From Candidatus Obscuribacterales bacterium (lineage in GTDB: Bacteria; Cyanobacteriota; Vampirovibrionia; Obscuribacterales; Obscuribacteraceae), in the NCBI GenBank assembly GCA_965228855.1, contig CBDDIJ010000003.1, positions 3,616,001 through 3,680,000 of the forward strand: a DNA stretch of 64,000 bases, read 5' to 3'. Position numbers and translations under genes: made by a program. The notes under the pieces were generated by a model. That model was not told the origin of the DNA, searched no databases, and saw only the letters and a program-made list of their open reading frames with translations. Below are positions 10,018 to 20,037 of the stretch, piece by piece (position 1 is the first letter of the stretch; the number at the start of each line of letters is the position of its first letter).

Positions 10018-11532
10018 TTAGCGATATTGGTCGTCCACGTTTGAAACAGTTTCCGCCAGCCGTTCTTCCTTGAGCATTTTTACCTGCCAGAGGTGGATGC
10101 TGAGATAGGCGACAAATGATAACGCAGTCGCAGTGAGAGAAAGTGACAAACCGATCTTGTCGAACGGCGGCACGACCTGTAGAAAGTGTTCCCAACCCAT
10201 CACATACTGAGGAACCCAAACGCCCATACCGACCGCGATCGATGCAATGGCCGGCAGCTCGTTTCTCGGTCGGGTGTACAGACCCATTGTGAGAGGGACG
10301 ATCAACGACACCATCGTGATCGAATAAGCGTTTTCCAGAAGTGCAAACGCCCCCTGACCGGAATAAGCCATTGCGAGGCTGGCCGATGCGATAAAGACCA
10401 CGCACCATCTATTAACAGTTAAACCGTTGGCGCGGTCTCTTAGCGCAGGAATCTTCAATATCAAATTTTGCGCGAGCACGGCGGCAGGTGAAAGTATGGC
10501 ACTGGTTATGGTGGCAAGCACAGCCGACATTATCACAACGACGAATATTACTGCCATGACCGGATGCATAAAAGCCTGTGCCAGAGCTGGAAGTACCGAC
10601 TCCTGGATTTTATCTTTATAGTATGCCGCCGCGACCAGACCGAGGAGGACGGGCAGCATTCCAAAGACAATGTAAGAAATACCGGCAAGTGTGCAAGCGC
10701 GTTGGGCGGTCTCCGCATTTTTCGATGCGAACACTCGCTGCATCAAATCTTGACCGGGTATGTTTCCGAGCGCTCCGGCAGCCAATATCGCGACCCAATC
10801 CCAAAAATGACTGGGCGTTTCCATCGGGATCCATTGCAATTTCGTGGGCGCTTCCTTTTCAATGGTGGTCATCACATTGAGAAATCCGGTAGTCGCATCG
10901 CCATGGCCGACACCGGTAAGAACATTGAAAGTCAGCACCACAAGCCCGATAAGCACGAGTGTGATTTGCACCGCGTCGGTGAGCGTCACCGCCCACATTC
11001 CACCCAAAAGAGTGTAGCCTGTACCAAACACAGCGATCGCGAGACAACCGATTTCGATCGGAAGGTGAAAAAACAGAGCGAACACTTGCGCAAGCGCTAC
11101 AAACTGAGCGGCGATCCAACCAAAGTAACTGGGAATCATCACAAGCGCCGAAATGGTTTCGACTCGCGGACCAAATCGCTGACGATAGAAATCACATAAC
11201 GTCAGAAGGTTCATCTTCCAGAGCGGTTTTGCAAAGAACAAGCCGGCAAGTATAAGACAGAGACCGGAACCCAGCGGATCAAGCGCGGCTCTCTGCAATC
11301 CCAATTTCGATACTTCCGTGCAAACGGTTAAAACAGTCCCCGCGCCGAACCAGGTAGCAAGCAATGTCGACCAGGCAAAAAACAGATTGAGGCTGCGCCC
11401 GGCAACAATGTAATCTTCAGTGTCCTCGACTTTGCGCGTGGCAACGACGCCGAGCACGATCATGGCAACCACATAGATGCCGATAGTAATGCCAAGAAGC
11501 GTGCGTAGTTCGTCGGAGACGGGTGGGTTCAT
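10018..11532 (-). CDS. Sodium:solute symporter (SSS) family transporter, choline-transporter-like
   Basis: ~13 TM helices; EDYIVAGRSL, ATWFGAG, QDLMQRVFASK motifs; start moved to ATG 11532. Confidence 0.88.
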   Translation of the reverse strand: MNPPVSDELRTLLGITIGIYVVAMIVLGVVATRKVEDTEDYIVAGRSLNLFFAWSTLLATWFGAGTVLTVCTEVSKLGLQRAALDPLGSGLCLILAGLFFAKPLWKMNLLTLCDFYRQRFGPRVETISALVMIPSYFGWIAAQFVALAQVFALFFHLPIEIGCLAIAVFGTGYTLLGGMWAVTLTDAVQITLVLIGLVVLTFNVLTGVGHGDATTGFLNVMTTIEKEAPTKLQWIPMETPSHFWDWVAILAAGALGNIPGQDLMQRVFASKNAETAQRACTLAGISYIVFGMLPVLLGLVAAAYYKDKIQESVLPALAQAFMHPVMAVIFVVVIMSAVLATITSAILSPAAVLAQNLILKIPALRDRANGLTVNRWCVVFIASASLAMAYSGQGAFALLENAYSITMVSLIVPLTMGLYTRPRNELPAIASIAVGMGVWVPQYVMGWEHFLQVVPPFDKIGLSLSLTATALSFVAYLSIHLWQVKMLKEERLAETVSNVDDQYR

Positions 11533-11767
11533 CGCAGGAAAGAACGTTTCTGCCGATCGGGCTAACCGAAGTTTTCGAGGAATTAGGAGAAAGCCCGAAC
11601 TAAGATAGCGTAGTCTCAGTAGCAAAACTCTATTGACATCGCTGTTTTTTCTTCGATTCAAAAGAAGGCTCGGCGGTGCGGTTCGCGGTAGAATCTGAGG
11701 TGCTCGAGGTGTGCGCAGGCATGAATGACGGCTGTGCGAAACGCTCGACAAGTCAGGGAGTCCGGGC

Positions 11768-12397
11768 GTGAAGAAAAATGCGTTGAAAACGGCTTCAAAT
11801 GCCGCACTGATTTCGTTGCTGGCGCTTTCACTGCAATCAGCCCAGGCTCAGGACGTTTCATCCAGCGAAAATTCTTACGGCGGAAGCGATGAACTACGCG
11901 GACCGAAAAACAGCGCTCCGATAAGTGATAGCGCCGGTAGTGGCATGCAGCTGAAAGAGGTTCCTTCCGAAGGAAACAGTTCCGCGTCCGGCAACATGAA
12001 ATGGTTCGTCGATGCAATCGACTGCAAATGGACGATGCAGTTTATTAGCAGCAAACCGCAAGGCGAGAAGAAGGATTTCATTAACAAGGCAACCTACAAG
12101 GTTCTCGACGTTATCGAACTGCCGGCGCTCCCGGCACAAATGCTTACCGATGACATAATCGAGCTAGCTTTTCCCTGCGACAAAAAACGTAATCCTATTC
12201 GCCACAAAGATCCGCTTCCATGGGCAGAACTCAAAATGGACGGGATTGTCGAAGTCCACATGCCAAGCCGCTATTTGCGAAAGTTAGAAACCACTTCCGA
12301 GAAAAATATCTGGCAAATCGAAAACAAACACAATCGCTTTGAAGTAGTTAAGCCATACAACGGTCGTTGGCTCATTAAGAAGCCCGACCTGATTTAG
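11768..12397 (+). CDS. Secreted hypothetical protein
   Basis: Sec-type signal MKKNALKTASNAALISLLALSLQSAQA; GGGAG RBS. Confidence 0.7.
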   Translation: MKKNALKTASNAALISLLALSLQSAQAQDVSSSENSYGGSDELRGPKNSAPISDSAGSGMQLKEVPSEGNSSASGNMKWFVDAIDCKWTMQFISSKPQGEKKDFINKATYKVLDVIELPALPAQMLTDDIIELAFPCDKKRNPIRHKDPLPWAELKMDGIVEVHMPSRYLRKLETTSEKNIWQIENKHNRFEVVKPYNGRWLIKKPDLI

Positions 12398-12486
12398 CCT
12401 CGCTACTCTTTGGCGGTGTGTCACAGAAAACTGACACCGGTTTCTTACATTCAGTGCAGCTCGCCGCGCACTGGAGAAAACATTCA

Positions 12487-13908
12487 ATGTCAGAAAAAGA
12501 TATGCCAAAGGCACACGCCGACAACGACCTTCAGCAACAGATTAATGATGGATTCAAATGGCTTAACAGCGCGGATCTCGAGGCGCAGACTGATGCAACT
12601 TTGAATGAGCGAGCATCAACTGTTCAAACAGCGATCGAACAAAATAAACACTTAGATTTTGATGCACAAACCGGCAACTTAAGCGTCTCGAACAAACCAG
12701 CGGAAGAGGGAGAGGTGCACAAACTAAACTCGGATATGCGCATTTATCTGGAACGTCTTGCTCTACCAATCAACGGGCGGATCAACCTGAGGAATTTGCT
12801 AGAGGGCGCAGGTGATGTCGTCGGTGTCGAAAAGGTTTTGTCCGAGGCCAGCGAGAAGAGTCGCGACCTGCCAACAGATTTGATTAAAAGACAGATTTCC
12901 AGCACGGTAGAGCTTTTGAAAACCCTGCCGAAGGAAGCAAACAGAGAGGCATACGAAGAACACCTGAGGTTTCTTGCCGATCCGGACAGCGGTCTTTTGA
13001 CTCTAAGCGATCAAGTACAAAAGATAGAGATGCAGCACTACACGGGTGCAGCACCGGTAATCGCTTTTGATGATAAAGGCTCGATCAGCGGAGTTGTGGA
13101 CATGCGATTCGGCGCCGGTCAACGGTTCGACCCGGAAAAAGCTTTCGAGATCGCACAGAAAATCAGAGAGCAGGCCATAAAGACCTGGGGGAAAGACCCT
13201 CTCACAAGCGGCGACAAAGAGGGCAGTCAATTCTTCCCAAGCCAATATTCGACACTCGATTTCGATAAGAATAACATCTACGCGGTAGCCGAACAGCTGT
13301 CAGGACGCCGCTTTCAAGGAATTGAAAAACTCGATGCATCGGAATTTGCCAAGATGAGCCTGTCGCTATTCAACGGACTGGACACGAATGGCGATAAAGT
13401 AGTTGATGAGAGGGAACTGCACGAAAAGCTCAGACAGCGGAATTTGCCTGTTCTTGAGAAACAAGCGGTCAGCACGATGATCGACGTCCTGCCGACACTC
13501 CAGACGATGGACAGAGCAGGCTCGAGCAGAGGTTTGGCAAGAGAAGATCTGCAGGCGTTTCTAAAAGTCAGTGAGGAAACATCAGAGCGTTTGGAAAAAA
13601 TTAAAGACGCTCGCAATATACTCCTGTTTAATAATACCTTCGGCGCGGCTGACGCGAACGGTAACGGGAATATGACCTCGACGGAACTGAAACGCTTCAT
13701 CAAGCACCAGAATCCCAATCTTTCCAACCGTGAGCTCCAGTCCTTCAGCAGCCTCCAGAACGAGTATTCGAACATTTCGAAGTCGTGGTGGGGAATGACG
13801 AAGTCGGACCTGGTCGATTTGAGGCCTGCTAGTGTCAAAAGTGTCGAGTCGAGCCTGTGGAAAAACTACTACGACTCGCGGGCAGCTGAGCACCAAACTC
13901 AAAGGTAA
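12487..13908 (+). CDS. EF-hand-containing hypothetical protein
   Basis: DTNGDKVVDERE and DANGNGNMTSTE are 12-residue EF-hand-like loops; GGAG RBS before ATG 12487. Confidence 0.7.
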   Translation: MSEKDMPKAHADNDLQQQINDGFKWLNSADLEAQTDATLNERASTVQTAIEQNKHLDFDAQTGNLSVSNKPAEEGEVHKLNSDMRIYLERLALPINGRINLRNLLEGAGDVVGVEKVLSEASEKSRDLPTDLIKRQISSTVELLKTLPKEANREAYEEHLRFLADPDSGLLTLSDQVQKIEMQHYTGAAPVIAFDDKGSISGVVDMRFGAGQRFDPEKAFEIAQKIREQAIKTWGKDPLTSGDKEGSQFFPSQYSTLDFDKNNIYAVAEQLSGRRFQGIEKLDASEFAKMSLSLFNGLDTNGDKVVDERELHEKLRQRNLPVLEKQAVSTMIDVLPTLQTMDRAGSSRGLAREDLQAFLKVSEETSERLEKIKDARNILLFNNTFGAADANGNGNMTSTELKRFIKHQNPNLSNRELQSFSSLQNEYSNISKSWWGMTKSDLVDLRPASVKSVESSLWKNYYDSRAAEHQTQR

Positions 13909-13925
13909 CCGCGAAAAGGAACCTC

Positions 13926-15428
13926 ATGACACGACAATTTAATGCGATCGCCGTAAGCATCGCGACCGCGCTGTGTTTGTCAGCTGACGGAGCGCAGGCG
14001 CAAACTGCAGGCGACGCACAGAATAGTCTCACCCCGAACAATATGCAGGCGGGAAACGGTTCCAATTTATCCGCGCAAACATCAGCAGTGGCAAACATGC
14101 CGACCAGCGAAGGCGAAAGAGCGCTTGACCTGGGCGAATACACACGAGCCGAACAGCTGTTTCAAGCAGATTTAAAACGAGCAGCCAAGGATGATCCGAA
14201 CCGGGCGTACTATCAAACCGGGCTCTGCGAGGCGATAATAAATCAGGGACGTTTCGCCGAAGCGGCAAAAGAATATAAGTCTGCGCAAAAACTGGTCGAA
14301 GCACAAAGCAGCAAGAGTGAACTCACGGCACGACTGTACGATGGCCTATCCTGGCTGGCACACGGTCAGGGGAAACTCGACGAAGCAGTGACCTGGGCAA
14401 AAAAGGCGGTCGATACGCGGAAAGCGCTGGGAGCCGGCGCCTCTTCATTGATGATGGTGAGCACCCTCACGCATCTCGGTCAGCTCAGCGAAAGTCTCGG
14501 ACAGTTACAGGGCGCGGCTCAGTACTATAGCGAAGCGCTCACCCTGCAGGATCAGCAGTTCGGTCCGGGCACACTGGTAGCTGCCGATCTCCAGGAAGCT
14601 ATAGGAAGCATCTACCGCCGCTTAGGTGAAACAGCCAAAGCGAAACAGTATTTCCAGACCGCCCTGCAAATCAAGTTGGCACGTCAGGCGGTTCTTGCAC
14701 CATATACTCCGCACGCTTACTGGGAAACAGTGACTTTGCCTTTTATAGAAGGCTCTCCGAATTGCATGCGGAAATTCGAAGGCGGAGCGCCTCAACTCCT
14801 TATCACCGGCAATGGTGTCACTGTCGCAGCGTCGTTGAAACCTGTTGAGGCTACCAAGACAACGCAAGTAAACATCATAATCCACAACGACAGCGATAAA
14901 GAGATTCAACTGCTCCCGATACCGCCGTCGTTGACAATGACACAGCCAAAGATAATGATGGCACCACAAGTGGACCCGAGCAAGCTCGCCACGTCTGTAG
15001 AGAAGAAGGGCGACCGTAAGGCAGCCTGGATTCGATTCTGGGGTTCGCAAGCCACTCAGACAATGACCAGCACATGCATCGGTCAACCCGGTTTCTTCGG
15101 CTACCCGCCGGTTTACGGAACCTCGATGTACAACAACGGAATGGGCTACAGCGGCTGGGCGAATCGTTCCGGCAACATGTCCATCATGACTCAAAACGTT
15201 CCGGATTACGCAGCCCAGGCAAGAGCGCTCGCCCGAGCCGCAGATGTTTCCGATCAGGCGCATCAAAAGGGCAGTACAATCAAGACCACCGGCCTTGGTC
15301 CGACGCAAATTCCGGCAAATCAGACACTTTCGGGCTCTCTATATTTCGATGCTCCCAAAATGACTGAATCAGTGGTTCGCATTCCAATCGGCAACGCGGT
15401 TTACGAATTTGTGTTTCCACCAAAATAG
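13926..15428 (+). CDS. Secreted tetratricopeptide-repeat protein
   Basis: Signal peptide; repeated TPR pattern (LG..Y...G...A..YF..AL); beta-rich C-terminal domain. Confidence 0.8.
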   Translation: MTRQFNAIAVSIATALCLSADGAQAQTAGDAQNSLTPNNMQAGNGSNLSAQTSAVANMPTSEGERALDLGEYTRAEQLFQADLKRAAKDDPNRAYYQTGLCEAIINQGRFAEAAKEYKSAQKLVEAQSSKSELTARLYDGLSWLAHGQGKLDEAVTWAKKAVDTRKALGAGASSLMMVSTLTHLGQLSESLGQLQGAAQYYSEALTLQDQQFGPGTLVAADLQEAIGSIYRRLGETAKAKQYFQTALQIKLARQAVLAPYTPHAYWETVTLPFIEGSPNCMRKFEGGAPQLLITGNGVTVAASLKPVEATKTTQVNIIIHNDSDKEIQLLPIPPSLTMTQPKIMMAPQVDPSKLATSVEKKGDRKAAWIRFWGSQATQTMTSTCIGQPGFFGYPPVYGTSMYNNGMGYSGWANRSGNMSIMTQNVPDYAAQARALARAADVSDQAHQKGSTIKTTGLGPTQIPANQTLSGSLYFDAPKMTESVVRIPIGNAVYEFVFPPK

Positions 15429-15488
15429 CCGGTTAAGAGCTGTTCAATTAATCAAGACACTAAACTAGAACGACTACTGGAGGTCCAG

Positions 15489-16379
15489 GTGCGCAGAAGT
15501 AGAATTACATTCCGGTCCACATCAATGGCTCTAGCCGTGTGTGCGGCACTACTTGCGGTGCCTGGCGCCAGGGCCGAAACCGATGCAGCTCAAAACGATA
15601 AGCCCATAATCGGAATCAATATGGACGTGCAAGCAGGCAGTCCCGAAACCTTTCGGATTTTACCGGATTACGTAAATGCCATCACCAAATCCGGTGGCAT
15701 TCCAATCGTGATCCCGCCGATGCCGGAGCAGGAATGCGCAGAATTAGTTTCACGACTTGACGGCGTAATGATGATCGGCGGCAATGACTATCCGCCGGCG
15801 CTATACAAACAAGAAGCTCACAAGACCAGCGTCCCTATGGTTGAGACCAGGTCGAACTTCGACATGCTGCTCGTCAAAGAAGTTTTGAAAGACGGAAAAA
15901 TTCCTTTCCTCGGCATTTGCGCCGGCTGCCAGGCTCTGAACATTGGGTCCGGCGGAAGTCTGGTTCAAGACATCCCGTCACACTACAAAGACTCGAAAGT
16001 TCAGCACGCCAGTCCGAAAGGGTGGCAAGAGGGATTCAATAAGCACGTGGTGAAACCTGAAGAAGGTACGAAAATATCGAAGATCATCGGTCAGGGTGGA
16101 CTGAAGGTCGTCACTTCGCACCATCAGTGCGTAGACAAGGTTGGAGAAGGATTGCGCGTCGCAGCGCGCACCGATGATGGTGTCATCGAATCGGTGGAAG
16201 CGAAAGACAAAGACTTTGTGGTCGGAGTGCAGTGGCATCCGGAACGCGACTTTGAAACTAATCAGAAGCTCTTCCAAGAGTTCATCCGGCAAGGACAGCG
16301 TCGAAAGGCTGCACGCAGCGCTGAACAAGTTTCACAGAGCACGAAAGAAGATTCTACGTCACGCGCCAAACTTCAATAG
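15489..16379 (+). CDS. Peptidase C26 / PuuD-like class I glutamine amidotransferase with N-terminal signal peptide
   Basis: KPIIGI, GGND, FLGICAGCQ (Cys nucleophile), SHHQ, GVQWHPE. Confidence 0.88.
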   Translation: MRRSRITFRSTSMALAVCAALLAVPGARAETDAAQNDKPIIGINMDVQAGSPETFRILPDYVNAITKSGGIPIVIPPMPEQECAELVSRLDGVMMIGGNDYPPALYKQEAHKTSVPMVETRSNFDMLLVKEVLKDGKIPFLGICAGCQALNIGSGGSLVQDIPSHYKDSKVQHASPKGWQEGFNKHVVKPEEGTKISKIIGQGGLKVVTSHHQCVDKVGEGLRVAARTDDGVIESVEAKDKDFVVGVQWHPERDFETNQKLFQEFIRQGQRRKAARSAEQVSQSTKEDSTSRAKLQ

Positions 16380-17559
16380 CGTGGCTTTGACCGCCAACGA
16401 CGATTGAGTCGCCGGAGTTTGACCAGGCGAATACTCTCTCGCTGCTGTCTTTGAACTTGCCCCAGAAGGCATCTCGGTGAGCAGACCGCCTCACGTTGCT
16501 TATGGTATCGTAGACTACGATACCATCGGTGGAATCATGCACGGCAAGTTTGTTGTAGAGCGGATGCCACGCCATAAATCGGATGTTGTCGTCCTGAGAA
16601 CGCGTTAGTACCCGCGCCGCATTCTTGAACATCTCGAAAATAATAACCGTATTATCATGACCCCATGCCAACTTCGCGCTGTCTGATGACCAGAATAGCC
16701 TGCAGTCTTTCCAGTCCGGAAGCTCATCGCTCTGATAGGAAGTATCGATCGAGCCCGTTGCCAAATTCCAGATCTGAAGAACGCGACGACCTATATTCAG
16801 CGCGCGGTTGAAATTCCAGAACAAATCACCCAACACTTCAATATCCGGAACAAAGAGACCGGCAAGATACTTTCCGTTTGGAGATACTACAGGACTTTTC
16901 ACAAGACCTGGACACGGGTTGGGTTTCAAAGAAATCATCTTTGAACCACTGTCCAGGTCCAGGCGATATGCACCAATTGCGGTGCCTATCGAAATACCGG
17001 CGACATCCCACCGCAGTGTGGATAAACCGGGACTGGTATTGCTGATATACGCATTTATGCGAGCTAGTTGCTGTTCGCTAGTTCCGATCGGCGGCAAACG
17101 TCCGAGAACAGGATCGCGCGAAAGCAGTTTCAAGCTCTCTTCGGCACTAACGGGATTCATCCGGATCGAGTGAGCCGATTCGATTCTGCCCGTGGTGGCA
17201 TCAATGATGTACACCATGCGATGTCGTCCGACTGCGACCTGGCGGCAGTCTGGTGACCAGGCAGCTATGTAGCCCCCGAGTTCTTCTGTAGCAAGCGCTC
17301 CTCGCGGCTGATCGACTTCCGGCATGACGAACTCACGAATTGTTTTCTTAGTGCGCGGGTCAATCAACTCCGGATTTTTGTCGCCAAAACATCCGACAAT
17401 ATACCGGTCATCCGGTGACCACGTCACGTGAGTAAGCAAGCTGGTTTTTGAATTAGTAAGTCCGGAGATGTTCACGCTGCACACAGCTGCCTCGATTGCT
17501 ACTCGAAAATCAAAACAAGGATCTCCATACGCATCATGCCCCAAATCGGCAAATCTCAA
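16354..17559 (-). CDS. WD40/beta-propeller repeat protein
   Basis: Repeated WSPD, WSPD, SPNGKYLA, WSSDS, WHP, WSNSG motifs with IW/VW strand ends. Confidence 0.75.
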   Translation of the reverse strand: MRFADLGHDAYGDPCFDFRVAIEAAVCSVNISGLTNSKTSLLTHVTWSPDDRYIVGCFGDKNPELIDPRTKKTIREFVMPEVDQPRGALATEELGGYIAAWSPDCRQVAVGRHRMVYIIDATTGRIESAHSIRMNPVSAEESLKLLSRDPVLGRLPPIGTSEQQLARINAYISNTSPGLSTLRWDVAGISIGTAIGAYRLDLDSGSKMISLKPNPCPGLVKSPVVSPNGKYLAGLFVPDIEVLGDLFWNFNRALNIGRRVLQIWNLATGSIDTSYQSDELPDWKDCRLFWSSDSAKLAWGHDNTVIIFEMFKNAARVLTRSQDDNIRFMAWHPLYNKLAVHDSTDGIVVYDTISNVRRSAHRDAFWGKFKDSSERVFAWSNSGDSIVVGGQSHAIEVWRVT

Positions 17560-17665
17560 CCCCGTACTTTGATTTGAGTGACCGAGGCGTAGCTATATGG
17601 AGACGACCTGAAAGGTGTGCCTGCTACAATATGGCGTCAAACCTGGTCGGGTGAGGATAGATCAA

Positions 17666-19522
17666 ATGATTGTCAACAGAAACTTCCGCAAGCGCATGAT
17701 CCTTTTGGGGACCATAATTCTTGCCTCGAGCACGTCGCCGCCCACGGCGATAGCTCAAGACAGATCGCGCGGCTGGGAGGGCTCCAACCCGAACGATGAT
17801 CCTTCTGCCGTCAAAGTGCCGGTCGGCAAGACTCAGACGCCTTCTTCGACTGGCGCCGAGGACACAGAAAATGTTTTTCAAGCCGGCGACGTCTCGTTCA
17901 AGGCGGGTAGGTTTGCCGAGGCCCTGCAACAGCTGGACCAGGCATGGCGTGGTCTTGGCACGAAGCAACCATCCATCAAAACCACCGCTCAGTTTTTCGA
18001 ACGCAAAGCACTCGCTCAGAGAGGATTGCAAAACCTTATCGAAGCCGAACGCTTGTTGAAGCAAGCCCTTGGAAGTGTCACCACCAATGGTGCACATGAA
18101 GAGAAATTGCGTTCCAGAATTTTGTTTGAAATCGCAGACCTGCAATCCCAAGAGGGCTTGCCTAGAGAATCCGCAGTCTCGGCGGTTCAAGCCCTGAAGG
18201 CTGCAACTACAGGCAGTGTCAGCAGAATGGAGAATTTGCTTACCGTTGAAGGTACCAACACTTTAGGTCGCGCCATGACAGACATCGGCGATATCAAGAC
18301 CGCCGATATGAAACTCGACGATGCATTGCAAGCTGCAATCAGTCTAGAGCCTTCCGGCGACGTAAACATACCTCTGCAATCGTCGGCTTCGAAATATGCG
18401 GATGTAATCACGGCGAAAATCAAAGCAAACAAATACTATCTACGTGACACCAGGGGTAATGTCGGAAAATTGAAGCGGGATTTGCAAGATGCGATTTCTC
18501 TTCTCAGAAATTATTCGGAGACAATCGCTCCTGACACCCGTTATTCGTTGTTGACACTCGAGCTTGAGCAGTCAGAACCCACTCCGGAATCAGTTTCCGC
18601 AGCTCTAACCAGAGCCTCCGAACTGCCGGGAAACGAGAATTTGATCGAAGCGGCTCTCTTGATGAAGCAGGCAGAACTCAAATTAGCTGACAACGAATTG
18701 CGGGGAGCCGCCGATGCTCTTAAAAGAGCACTGGAAATTCGTCAAAAGGTTTTGCCGGCCTACAGTACATATATCGCTGAAACTCTAATCAAATTGTCGG
18801 AGGTTCAGCTTAAACTGGGCAGACCGAGCGACGCAGCAGCAAATGCACAACGCGCATCGACAGCGTTAGAACGCTCGGCGGGTAGAAAGAGCTTGCACTT
18901 CGCAAGAGCCAGCACAGCTCTTGCTTCAGTTTACGTCGCGGCAGGCAAATACTCACAGGTCGAACCATTGCTGCAGGAGACCGTAAATACACTTTCGGCA
19001 ATCAGAGGTCGCGGCGACGCCGAAACCTTGCGCACTATAGACCTGCTCTGCTCAGCATATATTCGTAACAACAAACACGGCGCCGCAGCTTCCTATACCG
19101 GACTTGCTCTTGCGGACGCGGAGAAACTCTATCCGGCGAATAGTCCAAAATTAGTGCAGAGCCTGACAAATCTCGGAACAGTCGAAGCGCATCTTAAAAA
19201 GTTCGCGGAATCTAACGCGCATCTTCAGCGAGCCCAAAACATTCTAATGCGTGCGGGTAAAGGCAACACCGTCGAGTATGCGGATGTCCTGGCCGCTCAG
19301 GGAGTTAGCAACACACTTCAGAAAAAATGGGGAGCGGCACAAGCAGCTTTGAGGCAAGCGCGAACAATTTATACCACCATATACGGTGCAAACAGCTCCT
19401 ACACCAGCCAGATGACCGAACTGTTAAAAACAATGGAAGCGATGAAAGCCGGACCTCGCATCCCCGGTCACAATATTCTTTTAGAGAACAAGTTCAAGCC
19501 ATCCTCGCCGCAGTACAGATAA
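17666..19522 (+). CDS. Secreted TPR protein (kinesin-light-chain-like repeats)
   Basis: GAGGA RBS before ATG 17666; signal-like N-terminus; repeats such as LKRALEIRQKVL and SLTNLG. Confidence 0.8.
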   Translation: MIVNRNFRKRMILLGTIILASSTSPPTAIAQDRSRGWEGSNPNDDPSAVKVPVGKTQTPSSTGAEDTENVFQAGDVSFKAGRFAEALQQLDQAWRGLGTKQPSIKTTAQFFERKALAQRGLQNLIEAERLLKQALGSVTTNGAHEEKLRSRILFEIADLQSQEGLPRESAVSAVQALKAATTGSVSRMENLLTVEGTNTLGRAMTDIGDIKTADMKLDDALQAAISLEPSGDVNIPLQSSASKYADVITAKIKANKYYLRDTRGNVGKLKRDLQDAISLLRNYSETIAPDTRYSLLTLELEQSEPTPESVSAALTRASELPGNENLIEAALLMKQAELKLADNELRGAADALKRALEIRQKVLPAYSTYIAETLIKLSEVQLKLGRPSDAAANAQRASTALERSAGRKSLHFARASTALASVYVAAGKYSQVEPLLQETVNTLSAIRGRGDAETLRTIDLLCSAYIRNNKHGAAASYTGLALADAEKLYPANSPKLVQSLTNLGTVEAHLKKFAESNAHLQRAQNILMRAGKGNTVEYADVLAAQGVSNTLQKKWGAAQAALRQARTIYTTIYGANSSYTSQMTELLKTMEAMKAGPRIPGHNILLENKFKPSSPQYR

Positions 19523-19614
19523 AAGCGCAAACCGCTCGAGCGGAATTGTTCAAGGAGCATCCGTTCAGCGGCGCCCCTTCGAGTGGCTAGTGTTCAACGA
19601 AGTATTAGCCTGTA

Positions 19615-19647
19615 AAAATCAAAGCGCGCCCCGAAAATGAGACGCGC
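19615..19647 (-). terminator. Intrinsic terminator for the small secreted peptide gene
   Basis: Minus strand GCGCGTCTC-ATTTTC-GGGGCGCGC followed by TTTGATTTTT. Confidence 0.6.
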
Positions 19648-19708
19648 ATCAATTATTCTTAGCAAGTTTGAGCGCCTCCACAGGTGGTGGCAGCTCCAGC
19701 TAGTTGGA

Positions 19709-19897
19709 CTAGCTGCCTTTCTTGAACGGCTTTTTGATGCCGTTGCCGACAGCCTTCAGTCCTTGACCCATCTTTTTGAAGGGCCATACGATCGCGTTAC
19801 CTAATTTTTTCGCAGGGCCGTCGTCCGCTGCCAGAGCTGGTGCAAATGATGTGCTTGCTACGGCAAGAACAATTGCGAGTGCCGCATACTTTTTCAT
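19709..19897 (-). CDS. Small secreted cationic peptide (62 aa)
   Basis: AAGGAG RBS; signal MKKYAALAIVLAVASTSFAPALA; 39-aa Lys-rich mature part. Confidence 0.75.
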   Translation of the reverse strand: MKKYAALAIVLAVASTSFAPALAADDGPAKKLGNAIVWPFKKMGQGLKAVGNGIKKPFKKGS

Positions 19898-20037
19898 TGA
19901 GAACTCCTTGATCAAATGCGAAAGGCGGTTTGAGACCGGTTCGCACCAAAACGTAATAGTTGTAACCTTAGCCTGAGCTCATCAATGGGACAGGCCTGTG
20001 CGCCTTACATGATACCAACTCGGATGCAACTTGCCAG

